Of a stretch of 64,000 nt of DNA, positions 54,280 to 64,000 are shown one piece after another; the stretch's first letter is position 1; each line of letters begins with the position of its first letter. The DNA comes from an uncultured delta proteobacterium (GTDB lineage: Bacteria; Myxococcota_A; Polyangia; Fen-1088): the NCBI GenBank assembly GCA_963796685.1, contig CAWCMR010000010.1, forward strand, positions 128,001 to 192,000, given 5' to 3'. Under the pieces are notes generated by a model, which saw only the letters and a program-made list of their open reading frames with translations, had not been told where the DNA came from and searched no databases. Position numbers and translations under genes: made by a program.

Positions 54280-57200
54280 ATGTGGATCGTCAAGCTCGCA
54301 CTTCGCCGCCCCTACACCATCGCCGTGATGGCGGTACTGCTCGTGGTCATGGGGGTTCTGTCCGCGACCCGCATGGTCATCGACATCCTGCCGGCCATCG
54401 ATATCCCGGTGGTCGCGGTGGTGTGGAACTATCCCGGCCTCTCGGCCGAGGACATGGAGCGCCGGGTGGTGATCATCTCCGAGCGCGCCTATTCGAGCAC
54501 CGTGGACGGCATCCAGCGGATCGAGTCGCAGTCGATCCCCGGCGTCGGCCTGATGAAGATCTATTTCCAGCCCGACGCCGATATCGGCGGCGCCATCGCG
54601 CAGATCAGCTCGGTGTCCAGCACCATCCTGCGCATCACCCCGCCCGGGATGCAACCGCCCAATGTCATTCGCTTCAATGCTTCGAACTTGCCCGTCGCCC
54701 AGCTCACCATGTCCAGCGACTCCCTGCCCGAGCAGAAGATCTTCGACTACGGCCTCAACTTCATTCGCGTGCGGTTGTTCACGATTCCGGGACTGTCCAC
54801 GCCCGCGCCCTTCGGCGGCAAGTTCCGCCAGATCAACGTCGACATCGATCCGCGGCGGCTGGCCGCGCGCGGCTTGTCGCCCGCCGACGTGGTGAGTGCG
54901 CTGCAGGCTTCGAACGTCATCTTGCCGGCCGGGACCGCGCGCATCGGCGGGCGCGAGTACAACATCCTCACCAACGGCAGCCCGCGCGCGGTCCCCGAAT
55001 TCGCAGACCTCCCGGTCAAGGTTGCCGACGGCAGACCGGTCTTGCTCGGCGATATCGCCCACATCAGCGACGGCTTCGCCGACCAGACCAACGTGGTGCG
55101 CGTGAACGGCCGGCGGGCAACCTACCTGGCCATCCTGCGCCATGCCCAGGCGTCGACCCTGGCCGTGGTCGACGCCGTCAAGGAAGCCCTGCCTGGTATC
55201 GCCGCGGTGGCGCCCGAGGGGCTCGAGCTGAAGATCGACTTCGACCAGTCGCTGTTCGTGCGCGGCGCGATCTGGAGCGTGCTGCGCGAGGCGATCATCT
55301 CGTCCCTGCTGGTGTCGCTGATGATCGGCGCGTTCCTCGGCAGCTGGCGCAGCATGGTCGTGGTGTGCACCTCGATTCCGCTCGCCATCTTCGCTGCGGT
55401 GATCGGTTTGAAGCTCACCGGGAACACCATCAACATCATGACCTTGGGTGGGCTGGCCCTGGCCATCGGCATGCTGGTCGACGACGCCACCGTCGAGGTC
55501 GAGAACATCCATCGCAACCGCTCGCTGGGCAAACCGCTGACCGTGGCCATCCTCGACGGCGCCTCCCAGATCGCCGTGCCCGCCATCGTGGCCACGCTTT
55601 CCATCTGCATCGTGTTCTTCCCCGTGGTCTTGTTGGTGGGGCCCGCGCGCTTTCTGTTCACGCCGCTGGCGCTGGCGGTGGTTCTGGCCATGCTTGCGTC
55701 GTACCTGTTGTCCCGCACCCTCGTGCCCACGCTGTCGCGCATGCTGATGGAGCGCGAGCACCATGGTGGCCACGCAGGTGGCGCGGGGGGCGGTGCCTGG
55801 GCGCGTTTCGCCTCCCGCATGAACCGGGCACGCGATCGCGGCTTCGGCCGCTTCCAGGCCTTCTACGGTCGCATCCTCGAGTTGGTGCTCGAGCATCGCC
55901 GCTTCACCTTGCTCGCCGGCGGCGTCTTCATGGCCACGAGTCTGGCGCTCGCGCCCCTCGTGGGGCTCGACTTCTTCCCGTCGGTCGACACCGGTCTGAT
56001 GAAGCTGCACTTTCGCGCGCCGGTGGGGACGCGCATCGAGGCCACCGAGAAGATGGTCGAGGTGCTCGAACGGCGCATCCGCGCCATCGTGCCGCCCGAC
56101 GAGCTCGAAGCGATGAACGCCATGATCGGGATTCCGGTTTCCTACAACCTGGCGTTCGTGCAAACCGACAACATCGGCTCGATGGACGCCGAGATCCGCG
56201 TGTCGCTCAAGCCCGGGCACCATGCGACCGCGGGCTACATGCGCCGCATGCGCGAGGCCGTGCGCCAGGATATGCCGGGCGCGGTCGCCTATTTCCAACC
56301 CGCGGACATCGTCAGCCAGGTGCTGAACTTCGGCGTCTCCTCGCCCATCGACGTGCAGGTCGAGGGTGCCGATTTTCGCCAGTCGCTGCCCATCGCCCGG
56401 CGCCTGCAGGGGGACATCGCGCTGGTGGCCGGAACCGCCGACGTGCACCTGACCCAGGTGCTCGACTATCCCGGGCTTTCCATCAACGTGGACCGCCAGC
56501 GGGCCGCCTACGCCGGCGTCACCGAGCGGGACGTGGCGAGTAGCCTCTTGACCTCGCTGTCGTCGAGCAGCTTGTTGGCGCCGTCCTACTTCCTCAATCC
56601 GGCCAACAACGTGAACTATGTCGTAGCGGTGAAGACGCCGCTCGCCAAGGTCAGCTCCGTCGGCGATCTCATGACCACTTCGGTGACGCCGGGGGGCGCG
56701 GGGGCCGTGCTCTTGCCCGCGGACATGCCCTCGCCCTCGGCTGAGCAGGAGGCGCCGACGGTGATGCTCTCGGGGGTAGCCAACGTGCAACCCACGGCCA
56801 CACCCAACCAAATCTCGCACTTCACGGTGCAGCGCGTGCTCGACGTGGCGGCCAACGTCGAGGGGCGCGACCTCGGCTCGGTGGTGCGCGATATCAAGGC
56901 CAAGATCGCGGCGCTCGGCAAGCTTCCACCGGGCGTGAAGATCAACATCCGCGGGCAAAACGAGGTCATGACCGAGTCGTTTCGCAGCCTCGGGCTCGGC
57001 CTCCTGCTCGCCACGCTGCTGGTCTATTTCCTGATGGTCATCCTGTTCCAGTCGTGGCTCGACCCGCTCATCATCATGGTGGCCATTCCCGGCGCCTTCA
57101 GCGGCATCTTGTGGATGCTCGCTCTCACCCACACAACCCTCAACGTCGAATCCTTCATGGGAACAATCATGTCGGTCGGTATTGCTGTCTCGAACTCCAT

Positions 57201-57570
57201 CCTGCTCGTGTCCTTCGCCAACGATCATCGCCTCGAAGCCGGCGTCACGCCATTCACGGCGGCGCTCGAAGCCGGCCGCACGCGCCTGCGTCCGGTCTTG
57301 ATGACGGCGCTGGCCATGATCATCGGTATGATTCCCATGGCGCTCGGCCTGGGCGAGGCCGGCGAGCAGAACGCTCCGCTCGGGCGCGCGGTCATCGGCG
57401 GGCTTTTGATGGCGACGTTCGTGACCTTGTTGGTCGTGCCCGCGGTTTACGCGACCCTGCGGACCAAGCTGCCCGTGCGCCACCTGCTCGACGAAAAATT
57501 CCGGGCCGAGGCGCGCGGCGAAGTGTGGACGCCCCCCGCGCGCGGCGTTGGGGAAGGAGCGTCGTCATGA
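54280..57570 (+). CDS. RND efflux permease (AcrB/CusA-like)
   Basis: MWIVKLALRRP, GMLVDDATVEVENI, RLRPVLMT. Confidence 0.93.
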   Translation: MWIVKLALRRPYTIAVMAVLLVVMGVLSATRMVIDILPAIDIPVVAVVWNYPGLSAEDMERRVVIISERAYSSTVDGIQRIESQSIPGVGLMKIYFQPDADIGGAIAQISSVSSTILRITPPGMQPPNVIRFNASNLPVAQLTMSSDSLPEQKIFDYGLNFIRVRLFTIPGLSTPAPFGGKFRQINVDIDPRRLAARGLSPADVVSALQASNVILPAGTARIGGREYNILTNGSPRAVPEFADLPVKVADGRPVLLGDIAHISDGFADQTNVVRVNGRRATYLAILRHAQASTLAVVDAVKEALPGIAAVAPEGLELKIDFDQSLFVRGAIWSVLREAIISSLLVSLMIGAFLGSWRSMVVVCTSIPLAIFAAVIGLKLTGNTINIMTLGGLALAIGMLVDDATVEVENIHRNRSLGKPLTVAILDGASQIAVPAIVATLSICIVFFPVVLLVGPARFLFTPLALAVVLAMLASYLLSRTLVPTLSRMLMEREHHGGHAGGAGGGAWARFASRMNRARDRGFGRFQAFYGRILELVLEHRRFTLLAGGVFMATSLALAPLVGLDFFPSVDTGLMKLHFRAPVGTRIEATEKMVEVLERRIRAIVPPDELEAMNAMIGIPVSYNLAFVQTDNIGSMDAEIRVSLKPGHHATAGYMRRMREAVRQDMPGAVAYFQPADIVSQVLNFGVSSPIDVQVEGADFRQSLPIARRLQGDIALVAGTADVHLTQVLDYPGLSINVDRQRAAYAGVTERDVASSLLTSLSSSSLLAPSYFLNPANNVNYVVAVKTPLAKVSSVGDLMTTSVTPGGAGAVLLPADMPSPSAEQEAPTVMLSGVANVQPTATPNQISHFTVQRVLDVAANVEGRDLGSVVRDIKAKIAALGKLPPGVKINIRGQNEVMTESFRSLGLGLLLATLLVYFLMVILFQSWLDPLIIMVAIPGAFSGILWMLALTHTTLNVESFMGTIMSVGIAVSNSILLVSFANDHRLEAGVTPFTAALEAGRTRLRPVLMTALAMIIGMIPMALGLGEAGEQNAPLGRAVIGGLLMATFVTLLVVPAVYATLRTKLPVRHLLDEKFRAEARGEVWTPPARGVGEGASS

Positions 57571-58682
57571 GCGTGGGCAGCGGGGTGCAGCGGCTCTACT
57601 TCGTCGTCGTGGTGTGGCTCATGGCGGGCGTGGCCGGGTTGGGGCTCATCGCTTCGCGGCGCTCGGCGGCCAGCCGTGCCGAGGTCGAGGCCCGCACCGA
57701 GATCCGTCGTGCCGGCGCCCGCGTATTGGTGACCACCGCGACGCTATCGCCCGCCTCGCGAACACTGCGCCTGCAGGGCGAGGCGCACCCCTTTGCCAGG
57801 GTCACCCTGTACGGCAAGATCGCCGGTTATCTGCGCGATGTGCGCGTGGACAAGGGCGACGAGGTCCGGGCCGGCCAGGTGCTGGCCACCATCATCTCGC
57901 CCGAGCTCGATCAACAAGTGCTTGCGGCACAGGCCGACGCGCAGAACAAATGGCGACAGGCCAAACGCATGCAGATGCTGGCTGGTCCCGGCGTGGTGTC
58001 GACCCAAGACGTGGAGGCGGCTACCAGTGGGGCCGACGTCGCCGAGGCGCAGACCGAGTCCCTGCGCAAGCAAGACGCCTATCGAACCCTGCGCGCGCCC
58101 TTTGCCGGCAAGGTGACCGCGCGCTTCGCCGATCCGGGTGCGCTCATCCAAAGTGCCGCCGACGGCCGCTCCGGTGCCCTTCCCGTGGTTACCGTCTCGG
58201 ACGTCAAACGCCTGCGCATCTACGTCTACCTGGATCAAGCCACGGCGTCTTCCGTGAAGGTCGGCGATATCGCCGTGGTTCGCGTCGCCGAGCGGCCGGG
58301 TTGGTCGCGGCCGGCCAGGGTCGCGCGCGTCTCGGGCGAGCTGACTCCGCACACGCGAACCATGCTGACCGAGGTCGACGTCGACAACCACGAGGGCGCG
58401 ATACTGGCCGGCAGCTTCGTCGAGGTGGAGATCCGGGTGCGCGTGCCCAGCCTTGTCGAGATGCCGGTCGAGGCCTTGGTCATGCGCGGGACGCACGCCT
58501 TCGCCACCATCGTCGACAGCAACGGCCGCCTGCATTTCCGCCCCGTGCGACTGGCCGACGACGACGGTGAGACCGCGCGCGTGCTCGAAGGCGTGCGCGC
58601 CGGAGAAACCGTGGCACTCAACGTCGGCGAGAGCCTGGAAGACGGGGCGTTGGTGCAGCCGGTGCACCGCCAGGGCCCGTGA
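57567..58682 (+). CDS. RND periplasmic adaptor (membrane fusion protein)
   Basis: VDKGDEVRAGQVL, LRAPFAGKVT; ATGA overlap with the permease. Confidence 0.9.
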   Translation: MSVGSGVQRLYFVVVVWLMAGVAGLGLIASRRSAASRAEVEARTEIRRAGARVLVTTATLSPASRTLRLQGEAHPFARVTLYGKIAGYLRDVRVDKGDEVRAGQVLATIISPELDQQVLAAQADAQNKWRQAKRMQMLAGPGVVSTQDVEAATSGADVAEAQTESLRKQDAYRTLRAPFAGKVTARFADPGALIQSAADGRSGALPVVTVSDVKRLRIYVYLDQATASSVKVGDIAVVRVAERPGWSRPARVARVSGELTPHTRTMLTEVDVDNHEGAILAGSFVEVEIRVRVPSLVEMPVEALVMRGTHAFATIVDSNGRLHFRPVRLADDDGETARVLEGVRAGETVALNVGESLEDGALVQPVHRQGP

Positions 58683-61636
58683 TTGGGGCGGGTCGCTTTC
58701 TGGCCCCCGAAGATTCAGCGCTTTCCCAACCCCGCCAATCGCACCATCGGCCGCAGGATCTTCGTGCGCAACAAGGGCAAGCAGCATCCGCCCGGGGTGA
58801 CCATCCACGATCTGGACTCACTGCTCTCGGAGCGCGGGCCACGCCCTTGAAGCGGTCCTCGTCCACCAGACGCGCGAAGCCGCGTGAGGTAGGGGCAGGG
58901 CGGGCAGGCCCTGGCGTGTCGACGGGCAGGCAGTGGAGACGAGGGTCCCCCAGCGCTCGACCGCCGAGCCAACCGTGCTCGGTATCCCTGCGCCGCAGCG
59001 ACCAAGCGCCAGGGCCCTTTCTGCATCCGATGGTGCGGAGCTGCCTGACCGTGTTGCTTTTTGATTGACAGGCGATGCCGCCCTGCTACTGGCGCGGCGA
59101 GTTTAAGATATCGACACAGTCTGGCGAGCAGCTCGAACGACAGGAGGATCCGGATGGCGACGCCCAAGTTCTTCTTCCCCGTAGCGCTCTTTTGCATCCA
59201 ACTAATGCCCGCGATTGCAGCGGCCGATGACCTCTCGTGGTGCCTGCCCGGGGGAGCGAAGAATCCAAACGACAGCTCATTGCCACAGACGACGAAGGAC
59301 GTGATCGGGGAGGTCTGCAACCAGATGGGCCTCACCAGTTGCTGCGACCAGCAAAACGGCAGGTGGAGCCTCTACTGCGTGCAGAAGGGTGCAGATTGGC
59401 TCTACAAGCAGTCGAGCAAGGATTTGTGCGGACGATTCGCGTGGGCCAAAGGCCGGGTTTCCAACGGACAACAACGTTATCCGCGCGACTTCAGCTTGGT
59501 TACGCTTAATGGCGATGTGTATGGCTTTCAGGACATACAAGGGCCGATAGCGGCGAACGGGGATGTCACCAGCGGGTATGGGTTCTCCTTGAACGGGTCC
59601 TCGCACCTGCCGTTGGCAATGGCGGCAACGGGGCAGGTCCAGCTCATGTCCGGCACGGTCAACGGTAACGTAAACTACGGAAGCTACGTTCCACCCACCA
59701 ACGTGACTTTCGTGAATGGCACCGCTTCCAAGGTCGCACCGGTCAACTTCACCACTCTCGGCACCGACATGCAAACCATGTCAGATGCCCTCAACGGCTA
59801 CTCCGCCATTGCTGCCACGAGGACGAATCAAACAGTCAAGTTCGCGGCGCCGAGCTCGTCCTATAACCTGGATCCCGAGCTGAACGTGTTTTCTCTCAGC
59901 GCCGATAAGATTGCCGGTGCAACGTCATTTGATTTCGAAGTTCCGCGCGGATCAGCTGTAATCATCAATGTCACCGGAGACCCCATACACTTCGCGAACG
60001 CGGGCACTGTTGGAACGGTGCCATCGAACGGGAAGATTCTTTGGAACTTCCCCAAAACAACCTCGCTCACCATCAGCTCGACCTTCCTTCCGGGCTCGTT
60101 CCTGGCTCCAAGAGCGAATGCGTCCTTCAATTATGGCCAGCTCAAGGGGACCATCGTCGTGAAATCAGCGAGCCCTGAATGGATTGAGCTTCACTGGGCA
60201 CCATACCACGGCCTTTTCGCTTCCGGATGTCTGGACTGGGACCCCACCTGGTCCTGCTCGGCCGATACCTACCTGGACGACACCGGCTACGTCGGCTTCC
60301 CCGCTCCGGAAGCGGGCTTCATTCAGATCGCTGGCGGAGGCTACACGTCCGAGAACTGCGGACGGGTGAGCCCGACGCATCGCATTTGGTACTCGTTCCA
60401 GCCAGCTTCAGTCAGTCCCGAAACAAAACCGGTCGCGGTCCTCTTCAACGGTGGTCCGGGAGCAGCGACCTCTGCTGGCCTTTTCGACTTCAACACGGCA
60501 CCGTGGACCCTCGATCCCGCTAAGGTGCCGGGTACCGTTCAGATTCAAGCCAATCCCAGCACTTGGACCCAATTCGCCAACCTACTCTATATCGATGCGC
60601 CGGGCACGGGTTTCTCATACCCCCTGCCCGCACCTGACGGAAGCAAACCCAGCGTGGGCATCGATCTCGATCGCGATGCGGGCGTCGTCCTTGACGTAAT
60701 GATCCGTTTCCTGAACAACCATCCAGCGATACAGGCCAACCCGGTGATGCTGGTCGGAGAGAGTTACGGTGGAACGCGAGCCGCTCTAATTCTGGATCAC
60801 CTACTCAACTACGACTCGCTCGTCAATGGTGGCTCCTATCTCGATCAGACGTTGCACGACGACCTAGTAAACCACTTCTCGACCATATTCCCCGGGCAGA
60901 CCAGTTGGAGCAAGACACAGATAACCTCCCAATTCGGGCACCAGATCCTGATCGAGCCCTATGTCGCCGGCTCCAACCAATATAATACGCAATACAATCA
61001 GAATCTACCTCGCGGAGTCAGCTTCACCGTGGACAGGTCCGGCTGTATTTCAGGTACGTCCACCAATCCCCAGGATGTTTATCAGTGCAACCGGTCCGAT
61101 TGGTATGATACCTCCAGTACGCTGGTCTCCTGGTATATGGATCAACTCGCAACTGCTGCTGGGCGACTCACTCGTCTCGGCGTTCTTGGAGTGGCGCTGG
61201 GCGTCGATCCGGCGAGTATCAGTTGGATGTTCGCGGATGCTCGTCGCTCGGCCTACGGGCGCAGTACGGCGGATGTTGCTACGCCGGAAATGGACCACTT
61301 CTTCGGTCAACTGGATACTAGCAATGACCACTACTTCATATCACTAAACAACGACGTCCATACGCCATATTCCGAGCCGACGAAATGCACGGCAAGCGGC
61401 TCTGGACGCAATTACCTCGATGCAGCGATTGGTACGACATTTCTAAACGACGTTGCTAGCAACGTGAAGACATTCATCACCTATGCCAAGGATGATATGG
61501 TGGTGGACACAATGGCGATTCCGATGGCACTCAACTACTTCTATCCCGCTGTGCTACAGAGTGCAGGTTATGACGGCGGTCCCCGGGGGGGCTATGCGCG
61601 CCAAGGTTGGATCGAGCTGAGCTATCTGCCTAGCTA

Positions 61637-63408
61637 GAGCTTGTCGGGAAATTCCCGGCGACCCGGCTCGCGGCACGCAAGCTGCGGGCCGCACACGCTC
61701 ACGGGTGTCGCCCACGCGCCCCGCGATCCGCTGGCCGAACACGCTCACCCTACCGCTCACGGCTACGCTGGCCGGTCCACCGCTCCCCGGCCAGCTCTCT
61801 CGCGATAGACCGTCGGATTTCGCGGATTTTTCTTCGATGGGGGATCGACAACGGCGACGAAATGTGGCTGATGGAAAGTGTGACCAAGGAGGTCTGTGAT
61901 GTCAGCACGACGCCGGGGCGGCAACAGCCAGCCCGACCTGTTTCCTCGTTCGAAACGGCCCGCGATTCCATTGCCCGACAATCATCCGATGGTGGTGCTG
62001 ACCGACACGGTGGACTGGACCGAGATGGAGGCGCAGGCCGAGAAGGTCCGCGCCAAGAAGCTCAAGAACGCGGCGGGACGCCCGCCGAACTTGCGCGCGA
62101 CACTCGGAGCGCTGACGCTGATGGCAATTCGCAAAATGCCCTACCGCGAGGCGGAAGAGCAAATCCGGTACTACGCGCCGGCGCGATATCTATGCGGATT
62201 GACCGAGACGGACTGGACACCGGACTTCACGACGATCCAGGATTTTGCGCAGCTTCTGGGCGAAGACGGATGCAGGCTGATCAACGAGGCGGTGGTGAGA
62301 CAGGCGGTAGCGCTGGGCCTTGCCGACCCCAAGGTCGCAGTGGCCGACATGACGGCACAGGAAGCGGCGATTCCGCATCCCAACGAGATGGGATTGCTCG
62401 GTGGCTTCGTCAAATCCATCGCAGCAGCGGCAAAGAGAGCGGGACAGGGATTTCAGAGTTTTCTGGGCAAGGTGCACGGCAAGCTTCGAGCAGCCAAGGA
62501 GCACGTGCGCAAGTATCGTCTGTTTGCCAAAGGCAAGACCAAGGCTGCCAAGGATCGGATGGTCGCGCAGATGACCAAGATCATCGAAGGGATCAATCAG
62601 GATCTGGGCAAGGCGATCGCGGCTGCCTCGGCGCAGGGATGCAAGCTCCGTCGTCATGCCGTGGTCGCACAACGCAAGCTCGCAGAATTACACGTAACGA
62701 TGGGCAAGTTGATTCCGCAGATCCGTCACTGGCTGCGCACCGGCTTCGTCGCGGCCGGCAAGATCATCAACCTGCACATTCCCCAGGTGTACTCGATCGT
62801 GCGCGGCAAAGTGGGCAAGTCGGTCGAGTTCGGGCTGTCGTGGGGGATCACACGACTGCGTGGCGGCTTCGTACTTGCGACCATGGCCGGGACGAAGACC
62901 GATTTCACGGATTCCAGCTACGCCGTACGCGCAGTCGAAGATCTCGCGGGGATGTTCGGGAAGGCACCGCGTGCCTACGCGTACGACCGGGGTGGGTACA
63001 GCACAGAGAACGTGAAGCGACTTCGCAAGCTTGGCGTTCGCGATATTGGATTGGCCCCCCGAGGCCGCACGCCGTGGGAAGTCGAGGGCAAAGTGAAGGA
63101 CCGCCTCATCAGAGAGCGGGCGATGGTCGAAGGGTCGATTGGCACCATCAAGTGCCCCAAATATGGATTCAACCGTCCAGCGGCACGCTCAACCGCGATG
63201 ATGGGACTATGCGGCCAACGAGCTGTGCTTGGGCTGAACCTCACCAAGCTGTATCGGGGTGTTGCCGGAAAGAAGGGGATTGCCTTGGCGGTATGAGTGG
63301 AAAGCTGGGGGGCGTGGTCCCCTACGAGCAAAATCGGGAAGTTGGCCGCGCTGGCGGCGTGGGATGGCCCGACATCGCGCTCGGCTCACCGAATTTCCCG
63401 ACAGGCTC
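61637..63408 (+). mobile_element. IS5-family insertion sequence
   Basis: IRs GAGCTTGTCGGGAAATTC / GAATTTCCCGACAGGCTC; flanking TAGCTA duplicated (61631-61636 and 63409-63414). Confidence 0.85.
61896..63296 (+). CDS. IS5-like DDE transposase
   Basis: PDFTTIQDF, VADMT, GKSVEFG, YDRGG, RAMVEGSIGTIK. Confidence 0.8.
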   Translation: MMSARRRGGNSQPDLFPRSKRPAIPLPDNHPMVVLTDTVDWTEMEAQAEKVRAKKLKNAAGRPPNLRATLGALTLMAIRKMPYREAEEQIRYYAPARYLCGLTETDWTPDFTTIQDFAQLLGEDGCRLINEAVVRQAVALGLADPKVAVADMTAQEAAIPHPNEMGLLGGFVKSIAAAAKRAGQGFQSFLGKVHGKLRAAKEHVRKYRLFAKGKTKAAKDRMVAQMTKIIEGINQDLGKAIAAASAQGCKLRRHAVVAQRKLAELHVTMGKLIPQIRHWLRTGFVAAGKIINLHIPQVYSIVRGKVGKSVEFGLSWGITRLRGGFVLATMAGTKTDFTDSSYAVRAVEDLAGMFGKAPRAYAYDRGGYSTENVKRLRKLGVRDIGLAPRGRTPWEVEGKVKDRLIRERAMVEGSIGTIKCPKYGFNRPAARSTAMMGLCGQRAVLGLNLTKLYRGVAGKKGIALAV

Positions 63409-63558
63409 TAGCTACTCCCCCACCTCGCAAGAAGTACGCTTTCCGACTTACGCGACCGCCGGTCACAGCGTTTCCATGGCCATGCCTACGGAGCTCCTCG
63501 CCGACGTCATGTCGTGGTACTAGTACTACTGTATTGGATAAGTTGACTCACGATTAGG

Positions 63559-64000
63559 ATGCCCGAAGCTGGGGGCATCAGTAGCTACTGAGGAGCGCTT
63601 CCAGGAGTTCATTGCCTGCCTGTTCGCGGCTGTCGGTCACGCTGACCGTCGAGAGCCGCTGCGGATCTACGTGGCCGGACTCCTCCTGCCCAGAGAGCGC
63701 AAGAGCGTAGAGCCCATGGCGACGAGGATCGATCCTCGCCAGGTGGAGTCGCGCCACCAGTCGATGCATCACTTCGTCGCCGAGGCGCCTGGGATGAAGC
63801 CGCAGTCCTGCGGGTTGCAATGTGATTGGGCCGTGGAGCAGTTCGACCGCAACGGCCCCATCGAAGCCTGGGTTGTCGACGACACAGGGATCCCAAAGAA
63901 GGGTAAGCACTCCGTCGGTGACGCGCGGCAGTACTGCAGTACTGCGGCGTGCTCGGCAAGCAGGACAATTGAATTGCCAGATCGCCGTCACGGTGTCGCT
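63559..64000 (+). pseudogene. IS701-family transposase remnant (frameshifted, runs off the window)
   Basis: GHADRREPLRIYVAGLLLP.ERKSVEPMA, VVDDTGIPKKGKHSVG, CQIAVT. Confidence 0.8.

Larger units (their letters stand above)
59154..63523 (+). pseudogene. secreted choice-of-anchor-A-like + S10 serine carboxypeptidase fusion, split by IS5
   Basis: VIINVTG/ILWNFP/GSFLAP; FNGGPG, YIDAPGTGFSY, GESYGG; after removing the IS the frame continues SYSPTSQEVRFPTYATAGHSV...SWY*. Confidence 0.75.

Overview
GC-rich window that looks myxobacterial (Myxococcota/Polyangia-like; inferred from the DUF4215/fibro-slime protein and gene content). The left 25 kb is a nest of mobile elements. Two divergently oriented IS91-family (HUH/Y2 rolling-circle) elements have been invaded by three different RIT (recombinase-in-trio) elements, which also insert into each other, and an ISL3 sits inside one RIT. 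The junctions can be read base by base. Each RIT family uses a 6-bp core that encodes a conserved protein dipeptide (GCGNCA in L-R-H, CAYGGN = H-G, GAYGGN = D-G) and carries an external 20-bp palindromic linker with a second, inverted core. In the two RIT-A copies the linker and the element body are flipped together, which predicts a circular intermediate with two alternative att sites. Both IS91 elements carry a XerC/D dif-like site just inside their oriIS-like end and abut a PIN toxin gene. One has a ~0.94-kb cargo between 21-bp direct repeats. The rest of the window holds: SNF2 helicase, MMPL transporter, vapBC, TPR and AAA proteins, an ECF sigma/anti-sigma-msrBA-dipZ redox locus with two matching ECF promoters, panC, CIRCE-groESL, an FAD oxidoreductase, a phosphorelay cluster, MFS/gluconokinase, a GH3 glucosidase, an RND pump, an IS5-split choice-of-anchor-A/S10 peptidase fusion and an IS701 remnant. 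Scattered single-base frameshifts, even in groES, suggest assembly indel errors. All family calls come from motif recognition by eye; no database searches were run.
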